Below, one piece after another: positions 56,005 to 64,000 of a stretch of 64,000 nucleotides of DNA. The number at the start of each line of letters is the position of its first letter. Positions within the stretch are counted from its first letter, which is position 1. The position numbers were made by a program, and so were the translations under genes. This DNA is from Bdellovibrionales bacterium (GTDB lineage: Bacteria; Bdellovibrionota; Bdellovibrionia; Bdellovibrionales; UBA1609). Where the stretch lies: positions 352,001-416,000 of the forward strand of contig CBDBIB010000003.1 in assembly GCA_965205945.1 (NCBI GenBank). Direction: 5' to 3'. The notes under the pieces were generated by a model. The model saw nothing but the letters and a program-made list of their open reading frames with translations, did not search any database and had not been told where the DNA came from.

Positions 56005-58814
56005 TAAGGCTTAAAATCCTCTACAAGAAGACATGTACAAAACAAATTGCGATCTCCAAAAGCGTTATCAACTCTGCCTACAGCAGGGAAAAATTTATTT
56101 TTTTTAAGAAATTTTATGGGAAAACCAGCTTTTTTTCTTGAATAAGTGTATGGCCATTCATCTGACATTAAAAGGTTTTTAGAGTGAGGAGCGTTTCTTA
56201 AAACGCTATCTTCGATTTTAAAAGTTTTAGACGCAACTTCATTTATTTCTTTAGCAATAGAAATCAAGCTATTACAAAAACGATCAATTTCAGCTTTAGA
56301 CTCACTTTCTGTAGGTTCAATCATTAAAGTTCCAGCTACGGGCCAAGACATTGTAGGCGCATGGAATCCATAGTCTATGAGTCGTTTTGCAATGTCATCA
56401 ACGGTGACTCCAAAATCTTTAAAAGGTCTAGTGTCAATGATACACTCATGGGCTACATGAGAGTTCTTACCTGTATATAAAATTTTAAAATGAGGTGAGA
56501 GTTTTTTTGCAATATAATTTGCATTTAAAATAGCTTGTTGGGTTGCAAGCTTTAACCCCTTAGACCCCATCATTTTAATGTAAGCCCATGAGATAGGAAG
56601 AATACTAGCGCTACCAAATTCTGCTGCAGATACAGATTGTGCATCATCAATACTTTGTTCTGGAGCTTTAGGAAGGTAGGGGATTAATTTATTTACAACA
56701 CCAATAGGTCCCACACCAGGACCACCGCCGCCATGAGGAATACAAAATGTTTTATGAAGGTTTAAGTGAACAACATCCATACCAAGTTCTACAGGTTTTA
56801 AAAGCCCAATAAGAGCATTCATATTAGCTCCATCCATATAAACTAGACCGCCAGCACTATGAATCATTGAGCAAACCTCTTTGATGTTTTCTTCAAAAAC
56901 TCCGTGAGTAGAGGGGTAGGTGACCATAAAGGCACCTAAAGTATCTTTGTATATCTTAATTTTTTCTTGAAGATCTTTTGCATCAATATTTCCATTGTCA
57001 TTGGTTTTAATAACAACAACTTTAAACCCTGCCATTACAGCACTGGCAGGATTAGTACCGTGAGCAGAGGCTGGAATTAAACAAATATTGCGATTCATAT
57101 GGTTGTTTGCCTCATGATAGGACTTTATAGCAAGCAATCCGGCATATTCACCTTGAGCACCTGAATTTGGTTGAAATGAAAATTTAGAGAATCCTGTTAT
57201 TTTACACAAGTCACTATTGATTTCATTGATTAAAGTTAAATAGCCAGGAAGTTGTTTATGTGGAGTGTGAGGGTGAATATTTGAAAAACCATCATAAGTT
57301 ACAGGAATCATCTCTGTTGTGGCGTTTAGCTTCATTGTACAAGAACCAAGAGGAATCATTCCATGGACTAAAGAAAAGTCTTTATTCTCTAATCTTTTTA
57401 TATACCTTATAAACTCTGTTTCAGTATGATAGTTATTAAAAACAGGGTGAGCAAGGATGGGAGACAGTCTTAAATCTGTAGCTTGAGTGGTAGTGGAGTC
57501 AGAAAGCTCTAGTATAGATAATATTTTAGTAACAAAAGCATCATCCCAAGTCTCATCTACAGAAAACCCCCAAGACTCTTTATTGTCTACACGTATATTC
57601 ACATTATGTTTTTGAAACAGTGCTTTGGCATCTTTAGAGGGGCCATTAACAGTAATGGTATCAAAAATATCAGTGTCTATAATAGGCAGGCCTTTTTGTT
57701 TCATTAAGCTTTTAAGTTTTAGAGTTGTAGTTTTAATAGCTAAGGCAATTTTTTTAAGGCGAGCTGGCCCATGATAAACAGCATACATACCGGCCATTAC
57801 AGCAAGTAAAACTTGTGCTGTACAGATGTTGCTGGTTGCTTTTTCACGCCTAATATGCTGCTCTCTGGTTTGAAGGGCTAAACGGTAGGCCGGCTCTCCT
57901 TGGGCATCTTTTGAAAGGCCAATAATTCTTCCAGGGAGTAGTCGTTTATATAGGTTTTTTGTGGCAATAAAGCCTGCATGCGGTCCTCCAAAACCTAATG
58001 GAACTCCAAATCTTTGAGAGTTTCCAACCGCTATATCAGCGCCTTGTTCGCTTAAAGAAGAGTGTATGGTTGAGAATAAAAGATCTGTTGCTCCAATACA
58101 GACGGTGTTAATAGACTTTGCATAAGTAAAAATACTTTTAAGATTTAAAATCTTTCCATAACGATTAGGGCTTTGAGCAACCACTGCAAAAGTAGAGTCT
58201 TGATCTAAAAAACTTGATAGTTTAGACTCTAAGCAAATAACTTTAACCTTTACTCCAAGGTGCTTCATTCGTGTTTTTAAAACAGAAAGAGATTGAGGGT
58301 AGATATTTTTATCAACGAGTAGAATTTTTTTTGCACTTTTTTTCTTACAGATATTTAAAGCCATAAAAGAAGCTTCACTTAAAGCTGTTGCTTCATCTAA
58401 TAAAGATGAGTTTGCAATCTGCATTCCTGTTAGATCGCACACCATTGTTTGAAAATTGATTAAAGCCTCTAAGCGTCCTTGTGAAATTTCGGCTTGATAA
58501 GGAGTATAGGCTGTGTACCAACCTGGATTTTGAAAAATATTTCTTAAAATAGGAGAAGGCGTGTGAGTGTTAAAGTATCCAGATCCGATTATACTTTTAT
58601 AAGTTTTATTGCTTAAGGCTAGAGTCTTTGCTTTTTTTAAAAGTTGAGCTTCTGTAAGAGCTTGAAAAAAATCTTTAGGTTTAAATTCTGATAGTATGAC
58701 CTTAGGAACAGCAGCATTCATAAACTCATCTAAGCTTTTATATCCAAGTTCTTTTAAAATTTCTGTAGTATCCTTGTCAGAGTTACCATTGTGACGCTTT
58801 ACAAATTGGGACAT
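56004..58814 (-). CDS. gcvP: Glycine dehydrogenase (decarboxylating), P-protein
   Basis: YTPYQAEISQGRLE, REKATSNICTAQ, LNLHKTFCIPHGGGGPG, EPTESE. Confidence 0.98.
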   Translation of the reverse strand: MSQFVKRHNGNSDKDTTEILKELGYKSLDEFMNAAVPKVILSEFKPKDFFQALTEAQLLKKAKTLALSNKTYKSIIGSGYFNTHTPSPILRNIFQNPGWYTAYTPYQAEISQGRLEALINFQTMVCDLTGMQIANSSLLDEATALSEASFMALNICKKKSAKKILLVDKNIYPQSLSVLKTRMKHLGVKVKVICLESKLSSFLDQDSTFAVVAQSPNRYGKILNLKSIFTYAKSINTVCIGATDLLFSTIHSSLSEQGADIAVGNSQRFGVPLGFGGPHAGFIATKNLYKRLLPGRIIGLSKDAQGEPAYRLALQTREQHIRREKATSNICTAQVLLAVMAGMYAVYHGPARLKKIALAIKTTTLKLKSLMKQKGLPIIDTDIFDTITVNGPSKDAKALFQKHNVNIRVDNKESWGFSVDETWDDAFVTKILSILELSDSTTTQATDLRLSPILAHPVFNNYHTETEFIRYIKRLENKDFSLVHGMIPLGSCTMKLNATTEMIPVTYDGFSNIHPHTPHKQLPGYLTLINEINSDLCKITGFSKFSFQPNSGAQGEYAGLLAIKSYHEANNHMNRNICLIPASAHGTNPASAVMAGFKVVVIKTNDNGNIDAKDLQEKIKIYKDTLGAFMVTYPSTHGVFEENIKEVCSMIHSAGGLVYMDGANMNALIGLLKPVELGMDVVHLNLHKTFCIPHGGGGPGVGPIGVVNKLIPYLPKAPEQSIDDAQSVSAAEFGSASILPISWAYIKMMGSKGLKLATQQAILNANYIAKKLSPHFKILYTGKNSHVAHECIIDTRPFKDFGVTVDDIAKRLIDYGFHAPTMSWPVAGTLMIEPTESESKAEIDRFCNSLISIAKEINEVASKTFKIEDSVLRNAPHSKNLLMSDEWPYTYSRKKAGFPIKFLKKNKFFPAVGRVDNAFGDRNLFCTCLLVEDFKP

Positions 58815-59475
58815 AATAAAGACCTTTATTTTTATTAGATTTTATATCTTTATTCATATTGAATTTATATCTTAAAATCAACAAACGAGGTTTTTGTATC
58901 TGGATGAAGAAGCTAGATGAAACTTTTTAAATTAAGGGGGAGCTTTGTGGGAGCCTTTAAACTAGACTTTAGTAACGTTAAGTATTTACAAAGTTAAAAT
59001 GGCGTTCTCTACGGGAATAAAAAGCCGTTTCTCGACAAAAGTACTCCAAATAAAATTTGTTGTAAAGAGAGCTGTAAAACACTGTTTTCATAGGGAAAAT
59101 CGTCTCCTTTACACCAAAGATCACTAAAGACACCACGAGACACGGAAAGAGATGATAGTGGCCCACTCTGTATCATATTGCGGGCCGAGAATTTGGCGAA
59201 AAGGGCCCAAGGCCTTGTTAGTGGTGCCGATTTATTGGGGGGCTTTTAGAAGTGAAACAGACTGCGACAGACTGCCTTTTTTGGACACAAACTTTTAGAA
59301 GCTAAAGTTTTAGAGAAACTAAAGGTCTTTTGACTTAGAGGGTGTCCGTAATATCCTCTGAAATTACAATCAAAATCAAAGAGTATGACATTTTTGGAAT
59401 GCCTGATCGTGTTTATTGCAATCAAGATTTTGTGCAAATTTTATGGGAGATCTACTAAGAGTCAGAAAGTATAAA

Positions 59476-59973
59476 TCAGAGAAAATGTATAGGGGGTTTG
59501 GTTGAAACCCTTAAGACTTTAATGAGTTTAACTATATCCTCTTTATTGAGTTTTCCAGATTGTCTAAATATTTCATTACCATTTTTATCAAATGCAAAAA
59601 TATCATTTCCAGAGGGTTTAAAATTTAAAGATTTATGAAGATAGCGTTTTTTGTCTTTTAAATAAATTGTTCTTGGGTATTTTCTCTGTTTCTTTTTAAG
59701 CGCTCTTTTTATAAACCTATTAGGAACCCAAGAGCTTTTAAAATCAATGACAGCTACTGAGGCAAAAGCACTATCTTCAAATTTTTCAGCTCGTAGTTTT
59801 TCTGAAACATCATTGTTTAAGTCTTTATATTTAGGGCTAACGTAGAATAAAATATAAGACTTTCCTTCCAGAATGGAGGAGTTCCAGTCTTTGCCATCTA
59901 AACTCCCAGATTCTAAAAACCAGGAAAAGGCAAAAGATGGAAGCAGTAGCAGGAGGAAAAGTAGAGTTTTCAT
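59476..59973 (-). CDS. YtfJ-family exported thioredoxin-like protein
   Basis: Signal peptide MKTLL...AFS; WNSSILEGK..LFYV.P..KDLN; KQRKYP. Confidence 0.7.
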   Translation of the reverse strand: MKTLLFLLLLLPSFAFSWFLESGSLDGKDWNSSILEGKSYILFYVSPKYKDLNNDVSEKLRAEKFEDSAFASVAVIDFKSSWVPNRFIKRALKKKQRKYPRTIYLKDKKRYLHKSLNFKPSGNDIFAFDKNGNEIFRQSGKLNKEDIVKLIKVLRVSTKPPIHFL

Positions 59974-60129
59974 GCTTGGATCCTTTCGTTCTAACATTAA
60001 ATATTAACTCTGAGTAACTGTCTATACTAGTTTCATTGAAATTTTAAAATGAAGTTCTTTTCTTTTGAAAAAAGCTATACTTGCTTAATAAGTTCTACAC
60101 CATCCATGGCAGAAAAGGGAGTTTTTTAA

Positions 60130-60300
60130 TAAGCCCATCTCACGCATGTATTTAGCCACAGTGTTTTCACTGATCAAAACCTCTTTAATTTTGAGTTCAG
60201 CATAAATTCTAGGGGATCCACAAGTTTGCTTTGAAGATCTAAAAATAGATCTGATCTCTTTACAGATTTCAGTTTTAGAGTTCAGACGAGATGTGGACTC
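60130..60300 (-). mobile_element. IS3-family transposase OrfB fragment (HTH_21-like)
   Basis: Minus strand reads EIRSIFRSSKQTCGSPRIYAELKIKEVLISENTVAKYMREMGL; not in the ORF track. Confidence 0.82.
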
Positions 60301-60601
60301 ACTCCTACGATCTGATAATTTTTTCCTGTGATTTTCTAAAAATTAATACAATTTTAGGACTTTTAGCTAGTTTTAAGTTGTTATTTTATAAGGCCCTATT
60401 TCAAAAACGCTTTGTTTTTAGAAGTCAAGTTCATGTAAGTGCCTAATAATACGTAAGGCTTGGATTTAAAAAGGGCTATATTTCATTTATATAGTTGTAT
60501 ATTTCGCTACAATGATCTAGGAAGTTACTTTAGAAGTGGATAGTATATTAGAATTAAAGGAGTGGACTGATTAGTCCGAGAAGGAAACTATGTCTAAAGT
60601 A

Positions 60602-61498
60602 ACCCGAGTTCGAACTTTTTTCAGGACCTAAGTGCTGGATAAATAAAAGATCATCCCAGCCTTTTGTAAGATTTAGTTGTTTTTTACTGATTTGCAAAAA
60701 GGAGCCGGGAATGATCGAAGAAAATCAAATTATAGAAGTTTTTACTCTTGTTGACGACTTTATTTTAGGGTTAAACAAAGAACAGTCCAAACTCATAAAT
60801 TTCTAAAACCTTATTTCCCAAAACTCTTGTCCTACAATAGGTTTGTAGAACTTAAAAAATCTTCAGCACCTCAAATTCTCATTTTTTTACACTCACTTAT
60901 GCAATCAAATATTTGCACAGGAATATCTGTTGTAGACTCCAGCCCCATTGTTGTTTGTAATAACAAAAGAATCAGTCGTCACAAAACCTTTAAAGGACTT
61001 GCAAAACGTGGGAAATCAACAATGGGCTGGTTCTTTGGTTTTAAAGTTCACATAGTCATTTCTCACAAAGGGGAGCTCTTAAGTTTTACCATAACCCCAG
61101 GAAATGTTCATGATACAAAGCCTGTAGAGGGTTTAGCTGAAAATATTTTTGCAAAATTGTTTGGAGACAAAGGATATATATCTCAAAAGCTATTTGAAAA
61201 ATTGATGAGTAAAGGGGTTCAAGTCATAACAAATCTTAAATCCAATATGAAAAATAAGTTTGTTCCTCTTTTTGATAAACTACTCCTGAGGAAAAGGTAC
61301 ATTGTTGAAACTGCTTTTGGGATTTTAAAGGAGGAATTTCATCTTGAACACTCAAGACACCGAAGCCCAAAAAACTTTGTGGTAAATTTACTTTCGGCAC
61401 TAACGGCGTACTGTTTGCGTCCAAGAAAACCCTCCATTAGACTTTGAAGTACTTGAAGAAAGGCTGCTTCAGTAGGTTTAGAAAGTCCGAACTCGGGT
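60602..61498 (+). mobile_element. IS982-family element with a disrupted transposase
   Basis: IRs ACCCGAGTTCGAACTTT / AAAGTCCGAACTCGGGT. Transposase starts at 60711 (MIEENQIIEVFTLVDDF), stops early, and resumes as YFPKLLSYNRFVEL...GWFFGFKVH...GDKGY...HSRHRS to 61447. Confidence 0.95.
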
Positions 61499-61646
61499 TT
61501 CCTAAGAGCTCATTAGGGGTCTTAAACCATAGCATAGTTTTATTCTGATCTTGAAAATAATTACCGATAAGATTTATTGTTTCACTTCTATGTTTGAATT
61601 GGTCTTTCATTAAGGATTTTAGACACTCTTGATTATCAGGGCTATA

Positions 61647-62094
61647 ATGTCAATTAAGGATATCTTTGCAATTAGAGACAGGTCAGTGGCTTGGATCTCT
61701 TATAAGAATAAAAAAAGCTAAGTCTTGCCCTTGGGCTTCTGATGAGAATGAGATGATTAAAAAGACTGTTATACGTAGGGCTTATAAGTCATGGCCTTTA
61801 ACAAATACAAAAAGAGAGCGTTTTGACAATGCTATTGAAGTCACTCAAGAAGACCATGAAATCATTGATGTAAACGCACAAGAGCAGGAAGAGATCGAGT
61901 CAGTGTCTATTGAGAATTTACTAGAAATGATAAAGGTTCTTGAAAGAACTGAAGAGCAGACAGCCGAGTATGCAGCTAGAGTTTTTGAAAGAAAGATTGA
62001 AAAATTATCAGACTTATTAGCTGAAGAAGTTGAACAGCTAGAAACTATTTTGTCGGTGCCATACAACAAAAAGCTAGAGGGGGGGGCAAGATGA
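61647..62094 (+). pseudogene. Phage RecT-like recombinase, C-terminal fragment with frameshift
   Basis: MSIKDIFAIRDRSVAW, then an extra A in A7 61710-61716, then KSCPWASDENEMIKKTVIRRAYKSWP. Confidence 0.8.
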
Positions 62095-62726
62095 AGACTA
62101 AAAGACAGATTGATAACCTCCTTAAGAAGTTTGAAAAGACGTACAACTACAAAGTGCAAGGTGCGACTCAAGGATCAATGGACTGGTTTAATTTAAAGCT
62201 GGGAGTTATCTCAGCTAGTAATGCCTGGAAAGTTGTCTTAAATGGTAAGACAAGGGAATCATATATGTATGAGCTTATCGGTCAGATAGGCACTAAAATG
62301 ATGAAAGATATTAACAACAAATACATGGAGTGGGGCACTTTACATGAAGACGCTGCAAGGCTTGGTAAGAATTCTAAAATTATTGAGATAAAGCCTCAGG
62401 TTGATCTTCATCGGCTTAAAAATGGCAATAGAGTCATTGTTTTAGCTAAGGGTCGATTGGTAAATCTTGGTTGTGCCACAGGTCATCCATCTTTTGTAAT
62501 GAGTGCATCGTTTACAAATCAGGTGATGGCACAGATTGAGTTTTATACCAATCCAGATAAATATAAAATTGGTGTCCATAGACTTCCTAAAGACTTAGAT
62601 AAAAAGGTGGCAGACCTTCATTTAAAAAAAGTGGGGGCTAAGCTTACAAAACTTTCTTATAAACAGTCTTCATATTTAGGTCTTAAGCCTGAGGGTCCAT
62701 ATAAACCTGAACGTTATAGGTATTAA
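62091..62726 (+). pseudogene. ahcY: In-frame chimera: YqaJ/lambda-exonuclease N-terminus fused to adenosylhomocysteinase C-terminus
   Basis: [17 protein letters not shown]...[12 protein letters not shown], then IKPQVD...[18 protein letters not shown]...[10 protein letters not shown]; junction near 62355-62365. Confidence 0.9.
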
Positions 62727-62855
62727 GAGAGCATGCTCCTTAACTAACGTGAGAAAGTAAATTTATAAAATGTGGCATGGCATTAGAATTTTTTGGAGAG
62801 TGATTAGTGGACAAATTCTAGCTAGTCTCTTCTCTTATTTAAAAAGGGGGTAGGG

Positions 62856-64000
62856 GTGAAATTTTTATTTATTGTAGCTTTAGGGTTGGTTTTTAATGCT
62901 TGCTCTTCGGTAGAAAAGTACTCAGTTGAAAGAACACAAAAAGAATCGAAAAAAGTTAATGAGTTTTTTGCACAAGAATTTGCAGCAAAACTTGAGCGTT
63001 TTCCTACGATGTATACGTACATGGGGCAAAAAAAAAGATACCATGAGCTTAATAATATTTCATATGATTTTGTTTTAAAGAACTATAAGCTAAAAAAAGA
63101 ATCTCTAAAAAAAATAAAGAAATTTGATTATAATGCTTTAGATGAGAAAACAAAGCTAAGTTATAGATTATATAAAAAAAATCTAGAGTCTCAGATAAGA
63201 GGTTTTAAATATACTTTTCATAATTATTTTGTGAATCAAATGCATGGGGCACAAACACGGATCCCGGCCTTTTTAATCAGTATGCATAGAATTGATGATG
63301 AATCAGATGCAAAAGCATATATTAAAAGAGTGAAAGCTACGAGTAAATTTTTTTCAGACCTATTAGATAATTTAAGAAGACAAGAGAAAAAAGGGATTAA
63401 ATATCCTAATTTTGTTTTTGATAAAGTGATCATGGATTCTAAAAAAATCATTACAGGGCATCCTTTTAGTAAGGCAGAGAAGGCTCCGTTATATGCAGAT
63501 TTTCAAGAAAAAATTATAAAAACAAAAATTTCGTCAGTAAAAAAGAAAATTCTAACTAGAGAGTTAGAGATTGCTTTAATTACAAGTTTTGGCCCGGCCT
63601 ATGAGAAATTTATTTCCTATATGATAGAGCTTAAAAAAAGATCTTCTCACGTTAAGGGTGTTTGGGCTCTGCCAAATGGAAAAAAATATTATAACCATAG
63701 ACTTAAAGCAATTACGGCTACTGATATGAGGGCTGAAGAAATTTATAAACTTGGTTTGTCTGAAGTAGAGCGTGTTCAAAATGAAATGCGTGGAATTATA
63801 AAGGCTGTAAACTTTAATGGAGATTTAAAAGATTTTTTTGAGTCTATAAAAAAGAATAAAGACTTCTTCTACCCTTCAACTAAAAAGGGAAAAGCTCAGT
63901 ACGTAAAAGATGTCACTAAAATTATTAAACAGATGAGGGCTAAACTTGATAAACTCTTTATTACAATGCCGAAAGCTAAACTTGTTGTAAAACCCATTGA
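62856..64000 (+). CDS. DUF885-family lipoprotein (runs off the window end)
   Basis: GTG start, lipobox FNAC, VNQMHG...PAFL...H...DAKAYIKR, GVWALPNGKKYY...EIYKLGLSEVER; frame checked at 63231 and 63657. Confidence 0.88.
   Translation, partial: MKFLFIVALGLVFNACSSVEKYSVERTQKESKKVNEFFAQEFAAKLERFPTMYTYMGQKKRYHELNNISYDFVLKNYKLKKESLKKIKKFDYNALDEKTKLSYRLYKKNLESQIRGFKYTFHNYFVNQMHGAQTRIPAFLISMHRIDDESDAKAYIKRVKATSKFFSDLLDNLRRQEKKGIKYPNFVFDKVIMDSKKIITGHPFSKAEKAPLYADFQEKIIKTKISSVKKKILTRELEIALITSFGPAYEKFISYMIELKKRSSHVKGVWALPNGKKYYNHRLKAITATDMRAEEIYKLGLSEVERVQNEMRGIIKAVNFNGDLKDFFESIKKNKDFFYPSTKKGKAQYVKDVTKIIKQMRAKLDKLFITMPKAKLVVKPI

Noticed and set aside
58815..59300. Glycine riboswitch upstream of gcvP
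   Set aside because: No GGAGA...CCGAAG...CTCTCAGG-type aptamer motifs found on the minus strand.
60590..61510. Target-site duplication around the IS982 copy
   Set aside because: Flanks CTAAAGTA and TTCCTAAG share no direct repeat.
62822..63779. Three minus-strand ORFs at the right end
   Set aside because: Shadows of the plus-strand DUF885 gene that runs off the window.
1..64000. tRNA, rRNA, tmRNA or RNase P genes
   Set aside because: No cloverleaf/T-loop or other conserved signatures recognised; a covariance-model scan would be needed to exclude them fully.

Overview
AT-rich bacterial chromosome segment, most likely from a Bdellovibrionota-like predatory/gliding bacterium (inferred from gene content, not from a search). 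1-47 kb is mostly intact: proC end, a degenerate GGDEF gene fused into an alr-mlaEFD operon, purH, cysE, a phnDCE-type ABC transporter, a one-operon Agl-Glt gliding-motility-type cluster led by a vWA lipoprotein, RND/TolC, 2-oxoacid dehydrogenase E1 alpha/beta, a tail-specific protease, typA and ompA. It also holds a lipoprotein with four eukaryote-type (ADAMTS-like) thrombospondin-1 repeats plus a MIDAS vWA domain, the domain pairing of apicomplexan TRAP/MIC2 gliding adhesins. 47.2-52.0 kb is a 4.8-kb unit bounded by the left and right ends of an IS982-family element, with a near-perfect 6-bp target duplication. It contains a mini-IS5, IS256-like ends, a clpB relic and one intact gene: a BspA/DUF285 lipoprotein with about 11.5 near-identical 75-bp repeats whose differences are almost all non-synonymous. 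Further right are a translationally coupled gcvP-ppc pair with a divergent PEP carboxylase, IS3 and IS982 relics, a phage RecT/YqaJ relic fused in frame to the 3' end of ahcY, and a partial DUF885 gene. No rRNA, tRNA or CRISPR array was recognised. All family calls are by motif recognition only.
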